NCBI GenBank assembly: GCA_965205505.1
Contig: CBDBHB010000009.1
Location: 2,368,001 to 2,432,000, forward strand
Origin: Acidobacteriota bacterium
GTDB lineage: Bacteria > Acidobacteriota > UBA890 > WLXD01
Length of the DNA: 64,000 nt
Reading direction: 5' to 3'
Under the pieces are notes generated by a model. That model was given only the letters and a program-made list of their open reading frames with translations, made no database searches and was not told the origin of the DNA. Below, piece after piece: positions 51,781 through 61,114 of the stretch. Position 1 is the stretch's first letter. Each line of letters begins with the position of its first letter. Both the position numbers and the translations under genes were made by a program.

Positions 51781-52550
51781 GCTCCCGAACCCCGTTGATT
51801 ACCGGCAATTGGAAGATGCACAAGACGCTCGCCGCCACGCGAACGTTACTGGCGGAGCTGCGTAAGAGCGTGGACGACCTGGCCGGGGTCGAGGTCACCG
51901 TGGCGCCGCCTTTCACTGCGCTGGCGGCGGCTGCCGAGTCACTCACGGGAAGCCGAATCGGCTTCGGTGGACAGAACATGCACCATGCCGAGGAGGGAGC
52001 CTACACCGGTGAGATCTCGCCGACCATGCTCACTGATCTCGGAGCCAGCTTCGTGATCCTCGGGCATTCCGAGCGTCGCGCGTTATTCGGCGAGACCGAT
52101 CAGTGCGTATCACGCAAGCTGCGAGCCGCGCTGGCGCATGACCTCACTCCCTACGTATGTTGCGGCGAGACCCAACAGCAGCGTGAGTCCGGGGAGACAG
52201 AGCTGGTAGTGAGCTCTCAACTGCGCACTGCTCTCGAGGGACTGCCCACCCAGCAGGCTACTCAGCTGGTGATTGCCTACGAGCCGGTCTGGGCTATTGG
52301 CACCGGGCTGACCGCAACACCCGAGCAGGCACAAGTGGTGCACGCCGCCATTCGTGGCTTGCTGCACGAGCTGTTCGGCACCGACGTGTCCGAAGCCGTC
52401 CGCATCCTGTACGGTGGCAGCGTAAAGGCGGGTAACGTCGCCGAACTGTTGTCACAGCCGGATATCGACGGTGCCCTCGTTGGGGGCGCTAGCCTCGATG
52501 CCGCCTCGTTCGCGGGGATTGCACAGGCCGTTTGCCACCAGGCTTGCTAG
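51777..52550 (+). CDS. tpiA: Triosephosphate isomerase
   Basis: GNWKM, GHSERR, AYEPVWAIGTG, YGGSV, LVGGASL. Confidence 0.98.
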   Translation: MSSRTPLITGNWKMHKTLAATRTLLAELRKSVDDLAGVEVTVAPPFTALAAAAESLTGSRIGFGGQNMHHAEEGAYTGEISPTMLTDLGASFVILGHSERRALFGETDQCVSRKLRAALAHDLTPYVCCGETQQQRESGETELVVSSQLRTALEGLPTQQATQLVIAYEPVWAIGTGLTATPEQAQVVHAAIRGLLHELFGTDVSEAVRILYGGSVKAGNVAELLSQPDIDGALVGGASLDAASFAGIAQAVCHQAC

Positions 52551-52730
52551 GGTCTTACATAGGAGGCACTGGCCCGAGCCTTGCTGGCCGGCTTCGCTCA
52601 CCGATGCTACAGTTGGTTTTCTCGTGCGGCGGCCGCGCGCGGCCGCGCTTCAAGCCATGAGACAGGCAGCGTTCCTTACCCTGCGTCGTTTGCCGGCGGG
52701 GGCAGGTACCTCCCGTCTCTACCCAAGATC
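52551..52730 (+). ncRNA. Candidate rod-shaped RNA, 6S-like
   Basis: Nested helices GGTCTT/AAGATC, GGAGG/CCTCC, GCCC/GGGC, GATGCT/AGCGTT, TCTCGTG/CATGAGA and an apical GC hairpin, with a weakly paired middle; folded by eye only. Confidence 0.45.
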
Positions 52731-52748
52731 CGCTCCAGGATTGCCGGA

Positions 52749-53123
52749 ATGACATTCGTTCTCGTTACCATTCACGTGGTCGCCTGCGTGTTCCTGATCT
52801 TCGTTGTATTGCTGCAGTCTGCGCAGGCGGCTGATCTTGCTGGTGCGTTCGGTGGCGGTGGCAGTCAGACGGCGCTCGGAATGCGCGGCGCCACGACTTT
52901 GCTCCAGAAGGCGACGACAACGGCAGCGGTTGTCTTCATGCTCACCTCTCTGGTATTGGGCATGACCGGGCGGCGCTCGGTCTCACTCATTGAGGGTTTG
53001 GACGATCCGGCCGCCACGGCTCCAGTGCAGCCGTCGGGTGATTCCGCCGGGCAAACCGAAGCGGCCACCGAGGGCACCGGCGATGAGTCGGGGGCCGAAC
53101 AGAGCGACCCGGGCGAGCAATAA
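52749..53123 (+). CDS. secG: Preprotein translocase subunit SecG
   Basis: VVLLQ...DLAGAFGGGGSQT; tpiA-secG-tRNA-Leu synteny. Confidence 0.93.
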   Translation: MTFVLVTIHVVACVFLIFVVLLQSAQAADLAGAFGGGGSQTALGMRGATTLLQKATTTAAVVFMLTSLVLGMTGRRSVSLIEGLDDPAATAPVQPSGDSAGQTEAATEGTGDESGAEQSDPGEQ

Positions 53124-53195
53124 ACCGGCGCCGAGCAGGCGCCGCCTACTGGCTATGCATCGCCGCAGCCGTGATCTAACGTTGGACGTCCTGCG

Positions 53196-53280
53196 GCCGA
53201 GGTGGCGGAATCTGGCAGACGCGCATGGTTGAGGGCCATGTGGGCGAAAGCCCGTGGGGGTTCGAGTCCCCCCCTCGGCA
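53196..53280 (+). tRNA. tRNA-Leu (GAG)
   Basis: Acceptor GCCGAGG/CCTCGGC, anticodon stem CATGG-TTGAGGG-CCATG, long variable arm GGGCGAAAGCCC, GGTTCGAGTCC; CCA not encoded. Confidence 0.96.
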
Positions 53281-53286
53281 CTGACG

Positions 53287-53307
53287 ACCCCGTCCTCGGG
53301 GCGGGGT
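53287..53307. terminator. GC-rich hairpin after the tRNA, between convergent genes
   Basis: ACCCCGTCC-TCG-GGGCGGGGT; no clear U tract. Confidence 0.4.
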
Positions 53308-53312
53308 GAGCT

Positions 53313-53714
53313 CTATGGATACGCCGATGCGCCAATCCACTGGCGCCATACGTCGGCCGGGAGCAGCTGGACGATGGCGTGCGCCATGGCTTTGTCGTAG
53401 GCGCGCTGGAACGCCTCGGGATCGTCGCGGGTACGCTTGCGTGCCACGCCAGCGCCGATTCGGCTATAACGCCTCTCGTTGTCCCTAATCTCGACCAGAA
53501 CCTCGATGCTCCGCGGCTTGTCTCGAAAGCCACCTCGCAGTGGCATTACCTGAAGGTGCTCGAGGTGCTGGGCGCCGGCAACGATATCCTCGTAGAAGAA
53601 CTCGACCTGTTTGAGCCGCTTCTCGATCTCGTCTTCGACCCACAGGTCGATGAGCTCAGGTAGGGTTAGCTGGCTCAACACGCCGCCGCCTGAGGTCTGC
53701 CGATGGCTCTGCAT
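53313..53714 (-). CDS. Hypothetical protein
   Basis: 133 aa with globular, charged composition filling the gap between the tRNA and ccdA. Confidence 0.6.
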   Translation of the reverse strand: MQSHRQTSGGGVLSQLTLPELIDLWVEDEIEKRLKQVEFFYEDIVAGAQHLEHLQVMPLRGGFRDKPRSIEVLVEIRDNERRYSRIGAGVARKRTRDDPEAFQRAYDKAMAHAIVQLLPADVWRQWIGASAYP

Positions 53715-53827
53715 GGGTCAAACTCTATTCCCGGATGAGAAAGGCATGAGCCGTATCACAGGCGCCATGGTAAGGGCGCTTTCGGCAAGCGGTCAAGCGC
53801 CGGGCTGCATGCTAGAATTCCACCACG

Positions 53828-54556
53828 ATGACCGACCAAGTCTCTTTCTTGGCGGCGTTTGCGGCCGGCGTCGTCTCCTTCCTATCGCCCTGTGTCCTGC
53901 CCCTTGTGCCGGGCTATCTGTCGTTCATATCGGGTATTTCTTTGGAGGAGATGAGAGCCGACGATCGCCAAACGGCTGCCAGCCAGGCGGTGATGGTGAA
54001 CACGATGTTCTTCGTCACCGGCTTCACCATCGTGTTCGTCGCGCTGGGCGCCTCGGCGAGCGCCATCGGTGGGCTTCTGCTAGGCAATCTTCTCTGGCTG
54101 CAACGCGTCGCCGGAGTGATCGTCGTGCTGTTCGGACTCCACATGGTCGGGCTGTTGAAGATCGGGTGGTTGTACCGTGAAAAGCGGTTCCACGGGCCGA
54201 GCAAGCCGCGAGGACCGGTCGGCGCCCTGCTCCTGGGCCTGGCGTTTGCTGCCGGCTGGACCCCGTGCATCGGTCCGATTCTGGCCGGCATCCTGGCGCT
54301 TGCCGCCACCAAGGCCAGCCTCTGGTACGGCGTGGCGCTCCTGGCGATCTACTCCGCCGGGCTCGGAATCCCGTTCTTGCTGACAGGCTGGGCGACGCAG
54401 CGTTTCATGGGAGCGTTCGAGCGGTTCAGGGAGTCGCTCTGGATCGTCGAAATGGTCGGTGGGGTGCTGCTGATTGCCGTTGGCGTGATGATCTTCACGA
54501 ACAACTTCTTCCTGTTCCAGCGCTGGCTGTCGTTCCTCAATCGCTTCGCGATCTGA
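53828..54556 (+). CDS. ccdA: Cytochrome c biogenesis protein CcdA (DsbD TM domain)
   Basis: SFLSPCVLPLVPGY and GWTPCIGPIL. Confidence 0.93.
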   Translation: MTDQVSFLAAFAAGVVSFLSPCVLPLVPGYLSFISGISLEEMRADDRQTAASQAVMVNTMFFVTGFTIVFVALGASASAIGGLLLGNLLWLQRVAGVIVVLFGLHMVGLLKIGWLYREKRFHGPSKPRGPVGALLLGLAFAAGWTPCIGPILAGILALAATKASLWYGVALLAIYSAGLGIPFLLTGWATQRFMGAFERFRESLWIVEMVGGVLLIAVGVMIFTNNFFLFQRWLSFLNRFAI

Positions 54557-55668
54557 TGCGTGAGCTGCTGCCGCGCATCGCCGCGGTGCTCGATGCCGGC
54601 GAGCCTGTGGCGCTGGCCACTGTGGTCAGACGCCGCGGATCGTTGCCGATGAGCAACACTGCCAAGATGCTGGTGTGCGCGGATGGCACCGCGGAGGGTA
54701 CGGTTGGCGGGGGGTGCCTGGAGGCTGAGGTCTACGCCACGGCCCGGACACTGTTGCGCGAGGGCGGTGTGTCGTTGGAGAGCTTCGATCTGACCGAGAT
54801 CGAGGACGGCCTCGAGGGCCACGTGTGTGGCGGTTCCGTTACCATTCTCACCCGACCACTGCTGCCGACGGATTCTACTCGCGGCATCATCCGGCAGGCG
54901 CAAGAGGCGCTTGAGCGCGGCGAAGCAGCCGCTTTCCTGAGCTGGGTGCCGGTCGAAAACGGCTCGACGCCGCGCCCCGAGCCGAGCCTGGCGATGCATG
55001 CGGTGGTTCGCGCCGACGGCTCGGTTACGGCCGATGCGTCGCTGCCGGCGTCGCTGCCCGAGTTGGCCAAGGCGCTTGCGGGCGCAGGCCTAGCCGATCT
55101 GGTCTCCGCCGATGGCAGGGACGGCGCGCCAGCGTATTTCGTCGAGCCGTTGCAGCAGCCACCTAGGGTACTGGTGTTCGGCGCCGGTCACTGCGGTCGA
55201 GCCATCGGAGAGCTTGCCGCCCGTGCCGGGTTCCGCGTGCATGTGCTGGAGGACCGGCCGGCTTTCCTGGAGGGCAAGCCCATGGCTTGGGCGGCCGGTC
55301 TGCACCACGTCGACTACGCAGCGCTGCCGCCCGTCGAGCCCGACACCTACCTGGTGATCGTCACACGAGGGCACGAGCACGACCTGACGATTCTTCGGCA
55401 GGTCGTCCGTGGGACGAGCGCCTATCTCGGCATGATCGGAAGCCAGCGCAAGCGGCACTTGTTTGCCAAGACGCTCCGCAGTGAGGGTGTGACGGACGAC
55501 GAGCTCGGTCGCCTGTGCTCGCCCATGGGCCTTGCAATCGGGGCCGACACGCCGGAGGAGATTGCCGTTGCGGTGGTCGCCGAGATGATCGCGGTACGCC
55601 GCGGTGCTGCCGTTGCGGCAACGTTGCAGTCGGGAAAGTCGTCGCGCCGCCGCGCCGCGGGTGCATGA
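54556..55668 (+). CDS. xdhC: XdhC/CoxI family molybdoenzyme maturation factor
   Basis: GTVGGGCLE, VCGG, FGAGH, TRGH..D, YLGMIGS, GA.TPEEIA; TGATG coupling to ccdA. Confidence 0.9.
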   Translation: MRELLPRIAAVLDAGEPVALATVVRRRGSLPMSNTAKMLVCADGTAEGTVGGGCLEAEVYATARTLLREGGVSLESFDLTEIEDGLEGHVCGGSVTILTRPLLPTDSTRGIIRQAQEALERGEAAAFLSWVPVENGSTPRPEPSLAMHAVVRADGSVTADASLPASLPELAKALAGAGLADLVSADGRDGAPAYFVEPLQQPPRVLVFGAGHCGRAIGELAARAGFRVHVLEDRPAFLEGKPMAWAAGLHHVDYAALPPVEPDTYLVIVTRGHEHDLTILRQVVRGTSAYLGMIGSQRKRHLFAKTLRSEGVTDDELGRLCSPMGLAIGADTPEEIAVAVVAEMIAVRRGAAVAATLQSGKSSRRRAAGA

Positions 55669-56270
55669 GCCTGCCGGTAGTTGCCCCGTTAGTCCTGGCC
55701 GCCGGAGCCTCCTCGCGAATGGGCAGCCCGAAGCCACTGTTGCCACTCGGCGACGACACCTATCTGGGTACGATCCTGCAGACGCTGGCTGGCGCGCCGG
55801 TCACAGCGCCGATAGTCGTAGTCGGGCACGCGGCGGCGGATATTGTCGACGCCGTCGATCTGGAAGGCTCGCGCGTGTTGGTCAACGAGCACTGGGCGCG
55901 GGGCATGCTGAGCAGCGTCAAGCTTGGCGTCCGTTCGCTGATGGATCGCGGACCAGTCGACGCGATGCTGCTTGTCCTGGTGGACGTGCCACGATTCCGC
56001 GTTGCCACCATCGAGCGGATTGTGGAGCAGTTCGCGCGAACGCGGTCGCTGCTAGTCGTGCCGACCTACGCGGGCGAACATGGTCACCCCGTTCTCTTCG
56101 CGCGTGCGCTGTTCGAAGAGCTCCTGCAGGCACCCGTTGACGAGGGTGCACGAGCCGTAGTCGAGGCCCATCGCGTCGACTTGCTCGAGGTCGACGTCGA
56201 CGATCCGTGGGTAGTTCGCGACGCCGATACTCCGGAGGACCATCGGCGACTCACCGGAACGGCCTGCTAG
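55665..56270 (+). CDS. mocA: Nucleotidyltransferase, MocA-like
   Basis: LAAGASSRMG.PK, GMLSS, GHPVLF, D.GAR, DADTPED; ATGA overlap with xdhC. Confidence 0.8.
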   Translation: MSLPVVAPLVLAAGASSRMGSPKPLLPLGDDTYLGTILQTLAGAPVTAPIVVVGHAAADIVDAVDLEGSRVLVNEHWARGMLSSVKLGVRSLMDRGPVDAMLLVLVDVPRFRVATIERIVEQFARTRSLLVVPTYAGEHGHPVLFARALFEELLQAPVDEGARAVVEAHRVDLLEVDVDDPWVVRDADTPEDHRRLTGTAC

Positions 56271-56300
56271 TGGTCTGACTCAGCAGCACACTTGCGCCCC

Positions 56301-56639
56301 TCAGGGCGCGTTGTCGGGCGGTTCCTCACCGATCTTCGAGGAGTCCGCGCCCGTCGCCGACCCGTCAGACAAGCCGAGGAAGTCACTCGCATGCGCCTCG
56401 ATGAGGTCATGGCTGCGTGCGTCACCTAAGTTCAGTGCGAGCTCGTTGATCACCTTGATCTGCATCTCCAGCCAAGCCGCCCAGCACACCGCACACACAT
56501 TCTCCTGCACTCGCTCCCGAAGATCGCCGCGAAACGGAACGCGGCCAGTGATCGGTCCTCCGGTAGGCGGGTCCGGAACCTCGGTTCCGTCGCGCGCGGC
56601 TCGCGGCTCACAGGCCTGACAGTCGATCGTGCCACTCAT
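56301..56639 (-). CDS. Fe(II)-trafficking YggX-like protein
   Basis: VCAVCWAAWL..Q...INE.ALNL motif; AAGGAG upstream of ATG 56639. Confidence 0.75.
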   Translation of the reverse strand: MSGTIDCQACEPRAARDGTEVPDPPTGGPITGRVPFRGDLRERVQENVCAVCWAAWLEMQIKVINELALNLGDARSHDLIEAHASDFLGLSDGSATGADSSKIGEEPPDNAP

Positions 56640-56748
56640 CAGGTGCTCCTTGTCGATGTTCTCTTGCGGCTGCTGGAGCAATCATCCAGTGATCCCCCGG
56701 CCCGTGCAAGCTTGCCGACGCATTAGGCCGTCGGCGCTCTCCGACGGT

Positions 56749-57864
56749 CTACTCTCCAGCCGCGATTCGGACCCCGGCGCTGGCACCGATGCGCGTAGCT
56801 CCCGCCGCTATCATGGCAGCCGCATCGGCCCGCGTGCTGATGCCGCCGGACGCCTTTACCCCCATGCCTCGGCCGACCGTGGCTCGCATCAACGCAACGT
56901 CTTCCGCCGTCGCTCCGCCCGGCCCGAAGCCAGTCGAGGTCTTGACGAAGTCGGCGCCGGCCGCACGAGCAAGTTGGCAGGCGCGGACGATCTCGCCGTC
57001 CGACAATAGCGCCGATTCCAGAATGACCTTCACGAGGGCGGCCGGATGCGCGGCGCGAACGACTCGCTCGATATCGTTCCGTACCCAGTCTTCCCGCCCA
57101 GACTTGAGCGCCCCGATGTTGATCACCATGTCGATCTCGCGTGCGCCCTGGTCCACCGCCAGGCTGGCCTCGTGTGCCTTTACTTCCGGGTTGGCGGCGC
57201 CCAGCGGGAAACCGACTACCGTACAGGCCTTTACCCGGCTACCCTTCAGCAAATCAGCGACCAGCGACACGTAGTACGGGTTTATACACACGGTGGCGAA
57301 GCCGTACTCGAGAGCCTCGGCGCAGAGCTGTCGTACTTGCTCCTCGGTCGCCTCAGGCTTTAGCAAAGTGTGGTCGATCAAGGGCACGATCGCATCGTCC
57401 AGGGGTGGCGCGCAGGCCGATAGCCCTACCCGATCGGCGCCGGCGTCGACGATGCGGGCGACGCCGTTCGCATCCGTACACGAGCCCTCGTTCAAGCACC
57501 AGTAGGCGAGCTGTTGGATCTGGGGTGCTGAGAGCTCGGCAGCCAGCAGGCTGGCGAGTTTGCCCACGAGGGCGCGTTGGGGGTCGGACAGGCCCGCGGC
57601 GTGGGACGTGGTTGACGGCCCGACCAGTCGAACGCCACGCTCGCGGGCGCGATCGCGTGCCTCCGGTGTAATCAGAGCCCCGTCGGGAACCACCAGCTTC
57701 CCGTCCGGCGCCTGCTCGACCTCGCGCGCTGTGATGACGGCCCGCCAAGCTCGATCACGCCCGCTCTGCGCCGAAGTGTCTGGCCACAGACCGTCGTCGA
57801 CTAGATGGCGTACGGCATCGCAGATGAGCTCCTCGAGCTGGTCAGCGCCCAGCGCGCGACTCAT
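56749..57864 (-). CDS. deoC: Deoxyribose-phosphate aldolase with long N-terminal extension
   Basis: [38 protein letters not shown]; about 155 extra N-terminal residues. Confidence 0.93.
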   Translation of the reverse strand: MSRALGADQLEELICDAVRHLVDDGLWPDTSAQSGRDRAWRAVITAREVEQAPDGKLVVPDGALITPEARDRARERGVRLVGPSTTSHAAGLSDPQRALVGKLASLLAAELSAPQIQQLAYWCLNEGSCTDANGVARIVDAGADRVGLSACAPPLDDAIVPLIDHTLLKPEATEEQVRQLCAEALEYGFATVCINPYYVSLVADLLKGSRVKACTVVGFPLGAANPEVKAHEASLAVDQGAREIDMVINIGALKSGREDWVRNDIERVVRAAHPAALVKVILESALLSDGEIVRACQLARAAGADFVKTSTGFGPGGATAEDVALMRATVGRGMGVKASGGISTRADAAAMIAAGATRIGASAGVRIAAGE

Positions 57865-57866
57865 CC

Positions 57867-59555
57867 TCAGCGTCGGTCGGTCGACGTCGCTGTCGCCAGA
57901 ATGGCGAAGTCGGTCGTTACCTGCGCGCTCGTCTCGGCGATCTCGTCAACGATCTCCACCATGACCTCATAGATGCCCGGACGGTAGCCGGTCAGCGGCA
58001 TCGCGAACGAGAACGACTGACGGTTCATCGGCGCCGGGAACGGATGCTGCTCAGGAATGCGGCGTATCCGTTCGCCGTCATGGAGAATTTCGCCGCGGAG
58101 CGTGATCCGGTTGGCGCGCGTAGTCGTGTCGATTTGCAGACCGTAGGCCTGAACATACAACAGCAGCTGCTGATCGAGGAAGTAGATCCGGTTGACGTTG
58201 GGGACGACGCGCATGTCGCCTTGCTGAAAGTCGAGCGGCGTGGGGTCAGTGCCCGGCTGCACCGGTTCGATACGACTGGCCAGCGTCAGGCTCGATAGCC
58301 GCAGCCCGTCACCCGACAGATCGGGCACGTCGATCTCGTCGATCTGACGCGTCAACCGGTCCGACGTGTTGTCTCGAGCTAGCACGACCAGATCGTACTG
58401 TCCGGCTGGCACCATGAGCTGGAAGCTCTGCAGGATCTGGGTACCGCCGAGTCCCCTCAGTTCTTCGTTAGTGAGCGTGAAGTTGAGGCGTTTCTCCGAC
58501 TCGGCGATGATCTGTCCGTCCTGTTCAAGGGCAACGTACATGTCGGCGGAGAAGTGCTGGTTCAGCCCGAACCGGGCGGCCACCAGCCTGTCGTACTCCA
58601 ATGCCAGTGTCAGCTGGACGGCGGTGTTGCCGGCGACCGCCTCGTAGAAATCCACGCTGCGATTAACCGGGGAGGCGTCGAATGCCACGTCGGTCTCTAC
58701 GGTGGCTCGGCGTAGCCCGGCTAGCCGCTCCTTGTGGATCTCCGGAATCCGCAGAATCTCCCGCAGGTTACCTTGGAAGTCGAGGAACTCTCGGGCCACC
58801 GCGGTCGGATCGGCGAAACGGTATTGTAGAAACCGCTCGTCGTAGATCGAATCTGCATGGCGCCGTAGGGCGATGACATCGAGTGGGTTGTTGATGTAGC
58901 CGAATTGTGCCGAGACGATCGGCGCCGCCGCGTCGAGGTTGCTGACGAGTTCGAACTCGCCGGTCCCGTGAAAGTCGACGAAGTTGAGGTCGAGCACGCC
59001 GGGGAGAAGTGGATTGTCCGGCATGTTGTACGACCACACTTCGGAGCCGCGCTCTGCGCCGCCGCGTCCCATGGGGTTGCGCTGCAAGTTGTTGGGTGGG
59101 CCGAGAATGATGTAGGTGCGTCCGCGATCGGTTGCCCAGCCCGGCTTGCCGGCGCTGAACCGTCGGTTGGCAGTAGCCCAGCGCTCGAAGTGTTCCTGGC
59201 GGTACTCGTTCAAGCGGGTGCCGGGCGTCGGATCGCGCACGTCCCAGAAGCGCTCGGTGAACGCAAGTTTCTGCTCCAAAGTGGGAAGCGCCTCGAAGAT
59301 GCGGCGTTCCTCATCCGTGATGAGGTAGTTGACGAACCGCTCCTTCCAGCGGTCGAGCGTCTCCTCGAGCTCCTCGCTCGTAGGCGCCCATCCGCTGGCT
59401 CCCAACATAGCCTCGAAGGAGGGTCGCGCGTCGTCAGCTTGCTCCTGCTGTGCGGTCGCAAGCTGCGCCGGAACGAGCGGCGCCAACGTCAATAACGCGC
59501 TGAGCGTCGCTACCAACGGGAGTGAACGCGCCAATCGTCGATCGTTAGTGTTCAT
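57867..59555 (-). CDS. GWxTD domain-containing exported protein
   Basis: Signal peptide; FW..RDPTP...[16 protein letters not shown]. Confidence 0.9.
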   Translation of the reverse strand: MNTNDRRLARSLPLVATLSALLTLAPLVPAQLATAQQEQADDARPSFEAMLGASGWAPTSEELEETLDRWKERFVNYLITDEERRIFEALPTLEQKLAFTERFWDVRDPTPGTRLNEYRQEHFERWATANRRFSAGKPGWATDRGRTYIILGPPNNLQRNPMGRGGAERGSEVWSYNMPDNPLLPGVLDLNFVDFHGTGEFELVSNLDAAAPIVSAQFGYINNPLDVIALRRHADSIYDERFLQYRFADPTAVAREFLDFQGNLREILRIPEIHKERLAGLRRATVETDVAFDASPVNRSVDFYEAVAGNTAVQLTLALEYDRLVAARFGLNQHFSADMYVALEQDGQIIAESEKRLNFTLTNEELRGLGGTQILQSFQLMVPAGQYDLVVLARDNTSDRLTRQIDEIDVPDLSGDGLRLSSLTLASRIEPVQPGTDPTPLDFQQGDMRVVPNVNRIYFLDQQLLLYVQAYGLQIDTTTRANRITLRGEILHDGERIRRIPEQHPFPAPMNRQSFSFAMPLTGYRPGIYEVMVEIVDEIAETSAQVTTDFAILATATSTDRR

Positions 59556-61009
59556 CGCCGTTCGCTGCTTCGGCGGCCGCTCGTCCGGCGGTACTCCTGC
59601 ATCGCCCGCTCGGCGAGGTCCGTCTGCTCGAGGTTCTGATAGGTGGTTGCGAGATTGAGCCAGTACACTGGATTGTCCGCATCGAGGTCGACTGCCGCAA
59701 GGTAAGCGCTCACCGCGGCCCTCGTTTGCCCGACCGCGAGGAGTGCGTTGCCCAGTACCGCATAGGTATCCGCGAACAGCGGGTTCTTGACCAACGAAGC
59801 CCGTAGCGCTTGCGCTGCGTCTGCGACGCGTCCGGCGCGCTCGAGGCTCAAGCCTTGCAGGTAGAGTGCCTCCCAGTTGTCGGGATCGATCTGTGCGGCG
59901 GCAGTTGCCGCGTTAATCGCAGCGGCCGTGTTGCTCGACGACAACCAAATCTTGGCAGCCCTCAGCAGCACGTCCGGGTCGTCAGGGGCTACCGCGAGCA
60001 TGGCTGCGAGCACGCCATCGACCTCCTCTCGGTCACCATCACGGGTGGCGGCAACCAGCGCATTGCTCAGGGTCTTGAGCTCCTTGTCGCTCGCCTCACG
60101 TGTGTTGAACTCTTGCTGTAGCTCGCGGAAGTGCTCCATCAGCCGCTGACCTTCCTCCGTTGCGCCAGTCCGCGACAGTGCTTGGGCCAGTCGATAGGTG
60201 GCCTCGAGGTGGTCTGGCTGAAGATCGAGCGCACGGCGAAGGTGCACGATGGCCTGTTCGAAGTCACCACCGTCCGACAGGAGCCTGCCGACCAGGTAGC
60301 TGGCCTCGGTCTCCTCGAAGCCTGTCGTGACGGCCCGTTGCAACAGCCGGAGCGCGCGACTGTGATCCGACGGCCGATCGGCCAGGATCACTCCAAGCGC
60401 GTATCCGGCGGGTACATTGTCCGGTTCCTGCTGCAGGCCTACCTCCAAGACCTCGAGGGCCGTGGCATAGTCGCCCATCAAATACAACGCCACGCCGAGC
60501 AGGTAGCGAACCTCGAGGTTGTCAGCTTGGCGCTCCAGGAAGCCACGGAAGTACTCTGCCGCCTGCGTGTGGTTGCCACGCCGCATGTGCACCGAGCCGG
60601 CTGCTCTCCATGGGGCAGCGGCTTCCGGCATTAGCTCGATGGCGCGGTCGTAGGCAGCGATTGCCGACGCCGGGTCTCCTACTGTCTCGTACAGCGCCCC
60701 GCGACCCATCGTCGCCTCCGGGTCATCGGGCGACAACGAGTCCGCACGTGCATAGGCGCTGGCGGCGGCGGCCAGATCGCCGGAGTGGCGATAGGTGTGC
60801 CCTACCCAGACCGCGACTCGAGGCGACTCGGGATAGCGGCTTGCCGCTTGCTCCGCTGCCACCGTCGCCTCAGCGGCGCGGCCTGCATCGAGCGCTGCGC
60901 GAATCTGCGCAATAGCGGTTTCGAGACTCTGGGCGGCTGACGTAACTGCTGGGGCGGCGGTCAAGCCGGCCAGCGTCAGGAGGGTCACGATACGGGGTGG
61001 ACGGACCAT
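59552..61009 (-). CDS. Exported tetratricopeptide-repeat protein
   Basis: Signal peptide and many A...A...P / LG..Y TPR-like units. Confidence 0.85.
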   Translation of the reverse strand: MVRPPRIVTLLTLAGLTAAPAVTSAAQSLETAIAQIRAALDAGRAAEATVAAEQAASRYPESPRVAVWVGHTYRHSGDLAAAASAYARADSLSPDDPEATMGRGALYETVGDPASAIAAYDRAIELMPEAAAPWRAAGSVHMRRGNHTQAAEYFRGFLERQADNLEVRYLLGVALYLMGDYATALEVLEVGLQQEPDNVPAGYALGVILADRPSDHSRALRLLQRAVTTGFEETEASYLVGRLLSDGGDFEQAIVHLRRALDLQPDHLEATYRLAQALSRTGATEEGQRLMEHFRELQQEFNTREASDKELKTLSNALVAATRDGDREEVDGVLAAMLAVAPDDPDVLLRAAKIWLSSSNTAAAINAATAAAQIDPDNWEALYLQGLSLERAGRVADAAQALRASLVKNPLFADTYAVLGNALLAVGQTRAAVSAYLAAVDLDADNPVYWLNLATTYQNLEQTDLAERAMQEYRRTSGRRSSERR

Positions 61010-61060
61010 GCCTGGGGTTCCGTTACGCGAGGGCGAGTCTTGCTACATGTCAAAAGCATG

Positions 61061-61091
61061 GGGGCCCCTCCCCGTGATGGGGAGGGGCCCC
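61061..61091 (-). terminator. Intrinsic terminator-like hairpin after the TonB receptor gene
   Basis: GGGGCCCCTCCCC-GTGAT-GGGGAGGGGCCCC (13-bp stem), followed on the minus strand by CATGCTTTT. Confidence 0.7.
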
Positions 61092-61114
61092 GCAAGTTGC
61101 TCTATAGCCAGCCC

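Noticed and set aside
52581-52748. 56-aa N-terminal extension of SecG
   Set aside because: SecG homology begins at ATG 52749; the upstream part is better explained as structured non-coding sequence
53196-56270. Genomic island integrated at tRNA-Leu
   Set aside because: No integrase, no duplicated tRNA 3' end seen, no obvious compositional shift
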